Source of the DNA: Actinomycetes bacterium
GTDB lineage: Bacteria > Actinomycetota > Acidimicrobiia > Acidimicrobiales > Bog-793
Length of the DNA stretch: 64,000 nt
Reading direction: 5' to 3'
Assembly (NCBI GenBank): GCA_021796535.1
Contig: JAKABW010000005.1
Span: forward strand, 75,672 to 139,671
The notes under the pieces are model-generated. The model was not told the origin of the DNA. It did no database searches and saw only the letters and a program-made list of their open reading frames with translations. Position numbers and translations under genes: made by a program. Every line of letters starts with the position of its first letter. Within the stretch, counting starts at the first letter, position 1. Below, piece by piece: positions 55,145 through 64,000 of the stretch.

Positions 55145-57739
55145 ATGTCAGAAATACACATCTCACACAGCATGAGCGATAAAGATTTTGCCGAAAAGCT
55201 GCGCTCTGCTTTGGCAAGAAAAGGGCACGGAGTACTGACATCAACGGGGGAAGAAGGTCCTTTAAAAAAAGAAGGGGGCTCTGATTTTGCCGGATCTCCG
55301 GACGTCTTGCTGTGTATTTTGAGTCCCTCCTTTCTTAACAGCACATCCTGCCTGAAAGAACTCATGGATGCCATGAGCCGTGACATTCCGATTGTGAAAA
55401 TTAACCACAAAACTTCAGAAAAAGACCGTCTGCCGACAGTCTTGGCAGAAGGAGTCTCTATACCGGAAATCGGTCTTTTCAACGAAAAATACGAAGATTC
55501 TCTTAACCGTCTTTTGAAATACGCCGACGGCTTGTCACGGACGGAAACAAAAAAACCCGGCACAAACGCCAAACCGCGGGCGGCGGGACAGAAACCGTCC
55601 GCGGCGTTAAAAATCCCCAAAAGCACGGTTTTGATGACGCTGCTTTTGGTCGTAGCGCTCGTATTTGACTTTGTCAATACCTCTTCCTCTCCCGCTTCCG
55701 GCTTCAAACAAAGTTCCGCTCAGCTTGCAGCCGCATCCGGAGCCGCATTAAACAGCGATCCGGCGTTGGCCGTCAAACTGGCCCTTGACGCTTTACAAAA
55801 AGGCGGGTCGGGAGCCGCCGCGGCCGCTTTGCGACAGAGCCTGCCGATGATGCAGGAAAAAGCTCTTCTCTACCAATCGGGAACCTCCGACGCCACCGAT
55901 GCCGCATTCAGCCCCGTCGGCAACGAAGCCGCCTCCGTCGGCACAAACGGTTTGATAAGCATTTGGTCGACAAAGTCGGACTCGGTTGTCAAAACAATCA
56001 GGGAGCCCGATTCCGCCCCGATCTCTTCCGTCGCCTACAATTCCAACGGTACGGCTCTCCTTACGGCAAGCCTCTCCGGTTATGCCAGGGTATTCAGCCC
56101 GCAAAGCGGCAAATTGCTGGCCACTTTCAAGCAAAAACAAGGGGCTCCCCTCTATGACGCGCAGTTCAGCCCAAACTCCGCAGAAGTCGTAACGGCCGCC
56201 GCCAACGGAGCGGTGGGAATATTTTCCATTGCCACCCAAAAGCAGGTGGGCCAGATAACCTCGCCGGGCAATGCGGCCACTTTTGCCGCTTCCATAGCAC
56301 CCAACGGCAACGCTCTGGCAATAGCTTCGGTAAGCGGGTCGGCCAGTATTTACTTGGCCGGAAAAGCCGCCCCCGTGGTATTAAAAATCGGAGGCGAGGT
56401 AACAGCCCTGAGTTTCACCCCGGACAGTCGGCAGCTTGTGACTGCCGAAGGTAACGGCACGGCAAAAGTGTGGCAGGTTTCAGACGGCAATTTGATAGAA
56501 ACTCTGGGCGCCGTGGGAGATCCGTCTTTGTCCGGCGTGGCGGTGAGCCCGGACGGACAGCAGATTGCGACTGTGGGGGCAAACGGTACCTTTAACATTT
56601 ACAACTCTTCGACCGGCATACTCACGGAGCAGCTGAAGGGTGCCACGGGCCTCATCAACAGCGTCGGTTACAGTTCTGACGGAAAAGAACTGCTCACCGC
56701 GGGCCAAAACGGCACCGTACGCATATGGTCGGCTTATCCCGTCGGGCAGACTCTTTCCTTCCAAGAACCGGGCGGAGCCGATATTCTAAACGCGGCATAC
56801 AGCCCGAACGGAAAACAGATTGCGACGGTAAGCGTGGACGGAAGCATCAGAATCTGGGATGCCCTTACCGGGAAACAAGTCTCGATCGCATCTTTTCCCA
56901 ACAGCGCCAGCCCGACTGCCGTCGCTTTCAGCCCCTCCGGGAAGGAACTGGCCGTGGGAGGAAGCAACGGTCAGGGAATCCTCTATAGGGCCGACAAGCG
57001 GCTTACCGTCACATTTGTCAATCCGACCAAAGCTCCTTTCCTTTCGGCGGCTTTCAACCCGAACGGGAAAACACTTTTATTTTCGACACAGGACGGATAC
57101 GCCCTGATATACAGCGTATCCACCGGACGTCTCATCAAAAGCATCAGGGAGTCAAGCGGGGCTACTGTTTACCAGGCCGTCTACAGTCCAAACGGCAACC
57201 AAATAGCAACCGTGTCGCGTGACGGTTCGCTGAATCTGTACAGCGCCGCGACGTATCACAAGACTTGGTCCGCCTCCGACAACGGCAGCCCTTCCCTCTT
57301 GACGGCAGCCTTCAACACCTCCGGAACCGAAATCGTGACCTGTTCTTCCAACGGCGAGGTGACGATCTTCAACGCCCTTACCGGCCGGGCCCTGGAAACG
57401 ATTCCCAATGACTCCAACCTGCTTGTAAGCGACGCTTCTTTTGAGCCCGGCACATCCGACGTGGCGATAGCTTACAACAACGGGGAGACCGCCTTATATG
57501 ACGCCTCGGATTTGCAACTGCTTGCCCTGTACGGCGCAAACGGCTACCCCGCCGTTTCGCAAGTCGTTTTTTCCCCGCAAGGCAATACTCTTGCCACCGT
57601 CAATAACTTGGGCATGGTGTCCCTGCTGTCAACGTCAATGGCACAAAATATAGCCGCATTGGAAAAAACGGCAGAAAGCAATTTGCCGACATTCAGTCCG
57701 ACGGAGTTGAAAGAATACCGCCTTTACCTGAATTCCTGA
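55145..57739 (+). CDS. TIR domain - single transmembrane helix - 14x WD40-like repeat protein
   Basis: aa 1-135 are TIR-like (IHISHSMSDKDFAEKL..., DVLLCILSPSFLNSTSCLKELMDAM, IPIVKINH). A K/R-rich linker follows, then a TM at aa 160-177 or so (55622..55675). After that come 14 tandem repeats of about 42 aa of the form ...[FY]SP[DNS]G..[LI][AV]T....G...[IV][WYF]. SD AGAGGGGGA precedes the ATG. Confidence 0.8.
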   Translation: MSEIHISHSMSDKDFAEKLRSALARKGHGVLTSTGEEGPLKKEGGSDFAGSPDVLLCILSPSFLNSTSCLKELMDAMSRDIPIVKINHKTSEKDRLPTVLAEGVSIPEIGLFNEKYEDSLNRLLKYADGLSRTETKKPGTNAKPRAAGQKPSAALKIPKSTVLMTLLLVVALVFDFVNTSSSPASGFKQSSAQLAAASGAALNSDPALAVKLALDALQKGGSGAAAAALRQSLPMMQEKALLYQSGTSDATDAAFSPVGNEAASVGTNGLISIWSTKSDSVVKTIREPDSAPISSVAYNSNGTALLTASLSGYARVFSPQSGKLLATFKQKQGAPLYDAQFSPNSAEVVTAAANGAVGIFSIATQKQVGQITSPGNAATFAASIAPNGNALAIASVSGSASIYLAGKAAPVVLKIGGEVTALSFTPDSRQLVTAEGNGTAKVWQVSDGNLIETLGAVGDPSLSGVAVSPDGQQIATVGANGTFNIYNSSTGILTEQLKGATGLINSVGYSSDGKELLTAGQNGTVRIWSAYPVGQTLSFQEPGGADILNAAYSPNGKQIATVSVDGSIRIWDALTGKQVSIASFPNSASPTAVAFSPSGKELAVGGSNGQGILYRADKRLTVTFVNPTKAPFLSAAFNPNGKTLLFSTQDGYALIYSVSTGRLIKSIRESSGATVYQAVYSPNGNQIATVSRDGSLNLYSAATYHKTWSASDNGSPSLLTAAFNTSGTEIVTCSSNGEVTIFNALTGRALETIPNDSNLLVSDASFEPGTSDVAIAYNNGETALYDASDLQLLALYGANGYPAVSQVVFSPQGNTLATVNNLGMVSLLSTSMAQNIAALEKTAESNLPTFSPTELKEYRLYLNS

Positions 57740-57786
57740 GGGTCGGCAAGGCCGCAGACAAAGTTTTTTGAACGGCCTTTTGTGGT

Positions 57787-58341
57787 CTAGCGTCTCAATC
57801 CGTACCTCGGCAGAAAGCGGTCCTGTATTTCCCTCCGCTTTGGATTTTTTTGGTCCCTTTCCGAAACAACGGGGGCACCGGGAATACGCCAATCGGCCCC
57901 GATCTCCGGGTCATCGTAGGCGACACCCAGCTCGTCATCCGGATTGTAATAGCTGTCTACCAGGTAAGTCAGTGCAATGTCTGTTAATGTCGCAAACCCG
58001 TGCGCTACGCCGGGAGGTATGAATACCCCTTTTTCGGTGTCGCCGTCCAACTCGAAGTGCATGGTTGCGCCTTCGGTGGGGGAAGCGACCCTGAGGTCAT
58101 GCAAAACCACGAGCGCCGTGCCTCTCAATAAATACCAATAATCCGCTTGGTGCATGTGATAGTGGAGACCCACTATGGCGCCTTTTTCTTTTTCGGATCT
58201 GTTACCTTGTATCATTTCACGCCCAAGCGGGAACCAAGAACGCCTGTACGTTTCCACAAAACGTCCTCTGGTATCGCTGAACGCTGCGGGTTCCGCGATC
58301 ACTACGTCTTTTATTTCCTGTGATTCAGTAATTTTTGCCAT
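57787..58341 (-). CDS. rmlC: dTDP-4-dehydrorhamnose 3,5-epimerase
   Basis: FSDTRGRFVETYR, GLHYHMHQADYWY and PPGVAHGF, 184 aa. Confidence 0.9.
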   Translation of the reverse strand: MAKITESQEIKDVVIAEPAAFSDTRGRFVETYRRSWFPLGREMIQGNRSEKEKGAIVGLHYHMHQADYWYLLRGTALVVLHDLRVASPTEGATMHFELDGDTEKGVFIPPGVAHGFATLTDIALTYLVDSYYNPDDELGVAYDDPEIGADWRIPGAPVVSERDQKNPKRREIQDRFLPRYGLRR

Positions 58342-58512
58342 TGCATCTCACTTTCGGAACACAAACGCTACATCTTAGCGCACACGGCAGGGAAACAAAA
58401 ACCATTTGAATCTCGGATACAAAAGTGCCCCTCAATAACCAAGAATTAAAATAGGACTTTGAGTGGTAAATATAGCTGACATGATCACTATAAGTGGCGA
58501 TAGAATATCTAT

Positions 58513-61500
58513 ATGCACAATCAGTGGTTGTCTAACTACTCTAAGTTGTTTAAATTATTCTTTGTTACTCTTTCTTTACCGGTTTTATTTCTTGCAGTCT
58601 CATTGCCGGATATGCTGTGGGCATCGGCTCAGGTTACGACTGGAACCGCTCAAACAAGCACCGGATCCATTGTAAACACAAAATTGGTGCCGTTTGGCCA
58701 AGGCGGCAACAGCGGTCTGGGGAATCCTTTTCCTGTCAAAAAAGAGTTTCTTATTCATATGGACTTTGTCTTGAAAAGTTCCGATCAGGCATTTTCCTCT
58801 CCAAACCGGGTTTTTGTGTCCGAAGTCACTTCGTGGCTAAAAAGATACGGGTTCGCCCCCGCCCTGCACGGAAATGCCCTTGCCGTGACCGGGAATTCCC
58901 TTGTCTTGAAAAAACTTTTGCACACAACTCTTTTCTGTTACGGGAAGTTCTGCCGACCCAACGCCACAAAGCACATGACATACGCTTTTGGCAGACCTTA
59001 CGTGCCATCGTATATAGCACATGACCTGCTTGCGGTTATCGGTCTGAATAACGCGGCGACACTTGCTCCTTCCGTAAACGAAACTTTGCCGGGAAAAAAC
59101 ATCCGAGGCACTTCGCCCGTATCTTCTGAGAGCATCACCGCCAATCCTGTTTTGGCCAAAGACAAACCGGCAAGCGCATTGTCACCAAGCCCGGCTTCGA
59201 CCGTCAACGGACAATCCGGACTGACTGCCTGCCAGTCAGCAACTAATTTTGCCCTGGGCACGGGCTTTTATCTGCTGTCGGCCGTTGGAAATCATTACGG
59301 CGTGTCCCAGCTTCTTTCCGCCGGAGATCAGGGGGCCGGCGTCACCATAGGCGTTGCGGAACTGGGAACTGCCAATTCGGGCGACATTGCCGCTTATGAC
59401 CAATGTTTTGGTTTGTCAACGGGCAATGTTTCGACCGTCAACGTAGACGGCGGCGGGCCGGCCGGGCTCGACACCCTGGAAGCCGATTCGGACATAGAGC
59501 AATTGCAAACCAATGCCCCGCAGGCCAAAATTATAAGTTACAACGGTCCCAACCTGGACTGGTCGAGCTTGTATGATGTGGTGAACGCGATGGTAAACCC
59601 TCCTGCCGGAGACCCTTTGCCCCAGGTGATATCGATCAGTTACGGAGGATGCGAAAGCGAATCCGGGGATATCTCGGCGCTGGACGCCTTATTTCAACAG
59701 GCCGCTGCCCAAGGTCAGAGCGTCTTCGTCGCCTCGGGTGACGCCGGTGCGGAAGCATGCAGGAACGAGCCCGACACGCTGGCAGTAAATTACCCCGGTT
59801 CCGATCCCAACGTGACATCCGTGGGCGGATCGGCCATGATCAACTCCGGAGTGAGCAACGGCTCCGGCGACGTCGTCTGGAACGACTGCCAAAACGCAAC
59901 CAGCCAGACTTGTTCTCAACAGGGATTCGGCGGTGCGGGCGGAGGCGGAGTTTCCTCACTGTTTCCGGAACCGGGCTTCCAATCGGCTGCCGTGGGAACG
60001 ATCAACGGCCCGTGCGGTTCTTCCGGCGGCTGCAGGGCGGCACCGGACATATCGGCCAACGCTTTGGACAACGCCGTCTATTACGACGGGTCTTTTGCCG
60101 GCGTAGACGGAACAAGCCTTTCCACGCCCCTCATAGCCGCCATTACGGCGGATGTCATCCCCACCTGCAGCACCCCGATAGGCGATTTGGCGCCCAGACT
60201 TTACCGCTACTACAGCGAATTCGGTTACCAACAGCTTCTCAACCCGATTACAAGCGGGAACAACGACTGGACCGATGCTTTCGGGGGAGCCTATTATCAG
60301 GCAAAAGCCGCCTACAACCTGGCAACCGGACTGGGAACTCTGAATGCTCCCGCTCTGGCCTGCCCGTCCGTCTCTTCGCTCTCTTCGGCCGCATCTCCTC
60401 CCGGATCGGAAATTACGATCAACGGCACAAATCTCTCCGCCGCTTCCGTCATGTTCGGCACACAAACGGCAAATATAACCTCTCGGACCTCCAGCAGTCT
60501 GCAGGTCATTGTCCCCGCCGGGCAAGGCGGCACTTCATTGGAGGTTTCCAATCCGACCGGATCGGCCCCGGGCATCAACTTTTATTACTCCGATCCCGCA
60601 GTCATTATGAACACTCCTTCACCCTACCCGGCTCCGATCGGATCCGATCTGAACCTGCAGGTTTCCTCTTACGGCAACCCGACGGCAAGTTTGAGCGAGC
60701 AGGGAAACCTCCCGGCGGGAACCGCATTTACGGCTTCGGCAAACGGCACGGCCACCATATCCGGTACCCCCGCACCCGGATCGCAGGGAAGCTACACCAT
60801 AACGCTCACGGCAACCAACTCTCTTGGTTCGCAAAGCAAGTCTTTTACCGTCACCGTGGGTAATGCCCCGAACATCGCCGCTCCTTCCTCAATCAACACA
60901 GGCGAAAATAACACATTAAATGTTATATTGGCCGAGGGTAACCCCCAGCCCGTGATCACGGAGGACAACGGGTCGTCTTTGCCGAGCGGCCTGTCCATCG
61001 TCGACAACATGCTGAGCGGTACGGTCGGCGGCAACGCCGGCGGCAACTACGTACTCAACTTCACCGCAAACAACAGTTTCGGATCGGCGGAGTCCAGCGT
61101 AACGATATCGGTGGCCTCCCCCGTAGCGACTACCGTTCAGGCAACGACTACGACAACGACCCCGCCGGCAACTACGACAACGACTCAAAGCCCTGTTGTG
61201 AAGATCGGCAACCCCATTTACCTTATCCCTTCGGGTGAAATTATCACAAATAAGCAGATTGCCCTGCGTGCAGATTGCCCGCTTACGCGTTGCAACGGCC
61301 ATCTGACTATCGGCAGGGGCAAAATGGTCTTGGCCAGCGGTGGTTTCACCGTAGCTCACGGCACAAATCGTCTGATTGTGGTAAGACTCAACGGCGTCGA
61401 ACAGCACAGGGTCGCAAGCATCGCAAGCAAGTTGACAGCTTTGTTGCTACGCAGAGACATCGGGAAAAATGCACAAAAAATGGCAAAGGCACAACTGTCG

Positions 61501-61737
61501 CTCAAAAAGACCAAAAATATTTCGGCCGCCAAACAACAACGGGAGCGTATGCCGCTTGCCGTAAGACAGGTACGGATCGTTGCCGTGCTGACAATATATC
61601 TGTCGCAAAAGCCGGTAAAGCGGGAAACAATATCGCTTATGGTCAAACCGGCAAAAAAGGCGGCAAAGAAAAAACGGGTTTTGCAAAAAGTCATCCGCTC
61701 CGGGCAAATAAGCACTGGCGGGAGAAAAAAACTTTAG
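58513..61737 (+). CDS. Secreted sedolisin (peptidase S53) with pro-domain, IPT/TIG and Ig-like repeats, a Thr-rich linker and a Lys/Arg-rich C-terminal tail
   Basis: It has a signal peptide (LFFVTLSLPVLFLAVSLPDMLWASA). The S53 blocks are LEADSDIEQL (Glu/Asp), VFVASGDAGAE and GVDGTSLSTPLIAA (Ser). An IPT-like segment reads SEITINGTNLSAASVMFG...SLEVSNP. Ig-like repeats read TISGTPAPGSQGSYTITLTATNSLG. The last 95 aa or so are very K/R-rich. Confidence 0.8.
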   Translation: MHNQWLSNYSKLFKLFFVTLSLPVLFLAVSLPDMLWASAQVTTGTAQTSTGSIVNTKLVPFGQGGNSGLGNPFPVKKEFLIHMDFVLKSSDQAFSSPNRVFVSEVTSWLKRYGFAPALHGNALAVTGNSLVLKKLLHTTLFCYGKFCRPNATKHMTYAFGRPYVPSYIAHDLLAVIGLNNAATLAPSVNETLPGKNIRGTSPVSSESITANPVLAKDKPASALSPSPASTVNGQSGLTACQSATNFALGTGFYLLSAVGNHYGVSQLLSAGDQGAGVTIGVAELGTANSGDIAAYDQCFGLSTGNVSTVNVDGGGPAGLDTLEADSDIEQLQTNAPQAKIISYNGPNLDWSSLYDVVNAMVNPPAGDPLPQVISISYGGCESESGDISALDALFQQAAAQGQSVFVASGDAGAEACRNEPDTLAVNYPGSDPNVTSVGGSAMINSGVSNGSGDVVWNDCQNATSQTCSQQGFGGAGGGGVSSLFPEPGFQSAAVGTINGPCGSSGGCRAAPDISANALDNAVYYDGSFAGVDGTSLSTPLIAAITADVIPTCSTPIGDLAPRLYRYYSEFGYQQLLNPITSGNNDWTDAFGGAYYQAKAAYNLATGLGTLNAPALACPSVSSLSSAASPPGSEITINGTNLSAASVMFGTQTANITSRTSSSLQVIVPAGQGGTSLEVSNPTGSAPGINFYYSDPAVIMNTPSPYPAPIGSDLNLQVSSYGNPTASLSEQGNLPAGTAFTASANGTATISGTPAPGSQGSYTITLTATNSLGSQSKSFTVTVGNAPNIAAPSSINTGENNTLNVILAEGNPQPVITEDNGSSLPSGLSIVDNMLSGTVGGNAGGNYVLNFTANNSFGSAESSVTISVASPVATTVQATTTTTTPPATTTTTQSPVVKIGNPIYLIPSGEIITNKQIALRADCPLTRCNGHLTIGRGKMVLASGGFTVAHGTNRLIVVRLNGVEQHRVASIASKLTALLLRRDIGKNAQKMAKAQLSLKKTKNISAAKQQRERMPLAVRQVRIVAVLTIYLSQKPVKRETISLMVKPAKKAAKKKRVLQKVIRSGQISTGGRKKL

Positions 61738-62186
61738 CTTTCATCCTCTTCTGCCGTTACCGTCCTGGTCGAAAAAGCCAGATTCCAGTCCGGTCGCGAT
61801 TCGCCGTCAATTGCCAGGCGCCAGTTGTAACGCTTGCCGAGATCCAAAGGCAAAGGACCGAAGTTGATAGCCAGGGCAACGTCAATGGGACTGCCGGCGG
61901 GAATTGATTCCGGCCGCGCCACTTCAAAATCTCCTCTTACTTCAATCGGCTGGGTCCCTTCCGGTGTTTCGGCCATCACGGGTGCGCCGTCTTCGTCAAG
62001 AAGGTAGAGCTCCCAATGATGCACTTGGTCGGCTTCCGTCCAATCCACATCTATCTTTAGAGCAACCGCCGAAGGCATGGGTGCCGGTCCTATCAGTGAC
62101 CATCCCCCGCCAAGTATATAGAGCTTCCCTTCGGCAACCTGAGCCGAATCGCAAAGCAGCATAGTAACTCTCATGAAGCACTCCAA
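61734..62186 (-). CDS. Hypothetical protein
   Basis: 150 aa with coding-like composition. It is convergent with the S53 gene and overlaps its stop by 4 nt. No motif recognised. Confidence 0.45.
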   Translation of the reverse strand: MECFMRVTMLLCDSAQVAEGKLYILGGGWSLIGPAPMPSAVALKIDVDWTEADQVHHWELYLLDEDGAPVMAETPEGTQPIEVRGDFEVARPESIPAGSPIDVALAINFGPLPLDLGKRYNWRLAIDGESRPDWNLAFSTRTVTAEEDES

Positions 62187-62485
62187 GCTATTACAAAATC
62201 ATCCCCGCGGGATTCGCAAAACAAGATTTCCCGAATGTCCAAAACGAAGATTAGCACATATGCCACCCGCAACATACACCGATTTACTCATTATTGTTTT
62301 GGCATCACCGCAACTTTTCCGGCCGAATTCGTGAGAATACAAGAGCGGCACACATCCTGTCGCATTCCGGCGTGAAAACCCAATGCAAGACCCGAATGAT
62401 AAAAATTGCCCATCGATGGCTTTAATTCCAGAAAACTACTTTTTTGCAGTACAGAAACTGTTGCAAGTAGTTATAGTCTCCAGAT

Positions 62486-63154
62486 GTGGACTATACAAAT
62501 TATTCTGAACTTCTTGGACTGCGAAACGACGTTTACCGGCGCCCTCTCATAACGGCACTGGAACGGCTCAAACTCGGACTCGGATGGAAATGCGCCGATG
62601 TGGGAGCCGGCTCTGGCGACGTGGCTGTCGCATTGGCGGAATTGGTAGGCGAAAACGGCAGAATCTACGCCGTGGACAGCAATCCTTTGGCCAGAGACAC
62701 GGTAGCCAAAGCGGCCGCAAAAATAGGGCGTTCACAGGTGATAGCCATCACACAGGCCGGCGAAGACTTAAGGTTGCCGGAATTGATTGATCTTTCTTAC
62801 TGCAGATTCTTATTGCTGCACGTACCGGAGCCTCAAAAAGTAGTGACGGCGATGTCCGCAGCGATCAGAGACGGCGGGTACGTCGTCATACAGGAACCGG
62901 TCACGTCGGCAGGCAGGATCGGAGGCCTGCCTCTGTCAATGCCGGATGCACGCCATCCCGACATCGGTGCTTTCTTGCCCCAAATGGTCTTGAACGCCGG
63001 TTTGGAGTTGCTGGACGCATGGGCGGAAGCACCGGTGGGTGCCGGAGAAGGGCCGGTGGCATCATATCTGGAAACCCTTACGGAAGTCGACCCCGGCGAT
63101 GAGTCCATTATGCTGCCGCCCCTCGTGACGGTCATTGCCAAAAAACGCGCTTGA
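62486..63154 (+). CDS. Class I SAM-dependent methyltransferase
   Basis: GTG start. Motif I reads CADVGAGSGDVAVALAELVG. The post-I acidic residue (YAVDSN) and the 222-aa length also fit. Confidence 0.75.
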   Translation: MDYTNYSELLGLRNDVYRRPLITALERLKLGLGWKCADVGAGSGDVAVALAELVGENGRIYAVDSNPLARDTVAKAAAKIGRSQVIAITQAGEDLRLPELIDLSYCRFLLLHVPEPQKVVTAMSAAIRDGGYVVIQEPVTSAGRIGGLPLSMPDARHPDIGAFLPQMVLNAGLELLDAWAEAPVGAGEGPVASYLETLTEVDPGDESIMLPPLVTVIAKKRA

Positions 63155-63205
63155 TCAAAAATCTCACCGCGTAACAGGCTTTTGAAGTATGGGGCGACTT
63201 TTTAA

Positions 63206-63967
63206 TCACTTATGGAGATTGGTCTTGCCAGCCGGATTATGGGCGAAGAAGGCAGGCAGGTAAGCTCCGGCTCTTGGAAGCATCAGCGCTCCCAGCAAAA
63301 TGCCCACAGCCAGACATGCGGCTACAGTCCATTGGCGAAGCCCGGCTCCCTGCAGTTGCTTTCTGCTCTTTGCGTAGTAATCTTTTGGCGCAAATTTAAA
63401 TGTTTCCGCCAGGTGTCCGAGTACATGAACCGTCATGGCCATGAACCACAGCACAAAACTGGCCTTGTGGACAAACAACATTCCGTTTCGCATGGAAAAG
63501 GGAACGAAAAGCAAAGCAACTCCGGAAGCCAAGAGCAGTGCGGTCAGGATGACGATAAACGGGCCCAGCACGCGCAACAACATAACCGGCGGGCCCTTTT
63601 TCCGAAATCCTTTGTGCCCGGTATAGTACTTGAAAAATCTGTAGGTCACGCTGATGACTTTAAGTATGACCAGAGGTATGAGGACCATACCTATAAAAAC
63701 GTGAAGTTGCAGATAGCTGAATATGCGAAGTAAGGTAAAACCCTCCAAAGCCAACAAAACAAGCAGTACTGCCGCCACAGAAGCGGTTAGGCGGGCATTT
63801 GCCTCGACGATTTTAGATTTGACAACTTTTCTTTTGTTGTGGTCACTGTCTCCCAGAACAGGAAACTGCCGTCTCGGTTGATATTTAACATTACCTGTTA
63901 TGTACCTAGGGGCCCCGGTTAGGTACTTACTGCTGCTCTTCTTATTTGCTGGCCACATATCAGACAT
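63206..63967 (-). CDS. Integral membrane protein, unknown function
   Basis: 253 aa with a basic N-terminal tail followed by about 5 hydrophobic helices carrying several His residues (HVFIGM, HKASF, HVLGH). Confidence 0.5.
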   Translation of the reverse strand: MSDMWPANKKSSSKYLTGAPRYITGNVKYQPRRQFPVLGDSDHNKRKVVKSKIVEANARLTASVAAVLLVLLALEGFTLLRIFSYLQLHVFIGMVLIPLVILKVISVTYRFFKYYTGHKGFRKKGPPVMLLRVLGPFIVILTALLLASGVALLFVPFSMRNGMLFVHKASFVLWFMAMTVHVLGHLAETFKFAPKDYYAKSRKQLQGAGLRQWTVAACLAVGILLGALMLPRAGAYLPAFFAHNPAGKTNLHK

Positions 63968-64000
63968 AGGCTCATTCTAATAGAGAGAGCGCGCAGAAAC

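Noticed and set aside
55117-55707. 196-aa minus-strand ORF overlapping the 5' part of the TIR gene
   Set aside because: It is antisense to a region with clear TIR motifs and a good SD/ATG on the plus strand. Its own translation has no motifs and no RBS.
53397-58341. Defence island around the TIR gene
   Set aside because: The flanking genes (RodZ-like membrane protein, GT2, rmlC) are ordinary envelope and housekeeping functions. No nucleases, ATPases, methylases or mobile-element genes flank the TIR gene, so only the single gene is flagged.
59757-60863. 368-aa plus-strand ORF in an alternative frame inside the S53 peptidase gene
   Set aside because: The translation is extremely Arg/Gly-rich and nonsensical, whereas the annotated frame carries the S53 catalytic blocks and Ig-like repeats.

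Overview
This 64-kb bacterial chromosomal window has two parts.

**Core, about 22.8-64 kb.** This part is housekeeping. Its gene order fits a mid/high-GC Actinomycetota-like (Terrabacteria) genome, which is an inference from synteny only:
- aroC
- nfuA-like
- mutM-rnc-acpP-plsX-rpmF
- yceD, SepIVA-like, coaD, rsmD, recG and a DAK2 protein, divergent from rpmB
- thiL and type-2 pyrF
- sufB-(Cys4 ORF)-sufD-Rieske-sufC
- a Ppm1-like GT2, a RodZ-like protein and rmlC

**Accessory block, about 0.9-22.8 kb.** This compositionally mosaic block sits between two same-strand shikimate genes, aroC and an aroK-aroB fusion, and begins at a tRNA-Ala(CGC). It carries three MacB/FtsX-type ABC transporter sets. 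Two of them form mirror-image paralogous 4-gene modules of a 4-Cys lipoprotein, a peptidoglycan-binding HlyD-like adaptor, an ATPase and a permease. The block also holds several exported hypothetical proteins, a GT-C-like polytopic membrane protein, a quinone oxidoreductase and a secreted G1 (eqolisin) glutamic peptidase with perfect 21-bp coding repeats. I found no rRNA, CRISPR array, transposase, integrase or phage structural genes.

**Best candidates for something undescribed:**
1. 55145..57739 is a TIR - single TM - 14x WD40 protein. It has an inverted Toll-like-receptor topology and no NTPase.
2. 1400..12334 holds the mirrored lipoprotein/PG-binding-adaptor/MacB modules, with a small secreted Trp/Tyr-rich protein beside one of them.
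3. 24959..28643 is a translationally coupled trio of an ATP-grasp enzyme, a B12-type radical SAM with a CCAVP tail, and a Cys-rich protein, divergent from nfuA.
4. 32115..33197 is an orphan Dam-like methyltransferase wedged inside the conserved yceD-rpmF unit.
5. Two acid-type secreted peptidases (G1 and S53) both carry highly basic extension modules.

All functional calls come from motifs read by eye in the translations. No database search was run.
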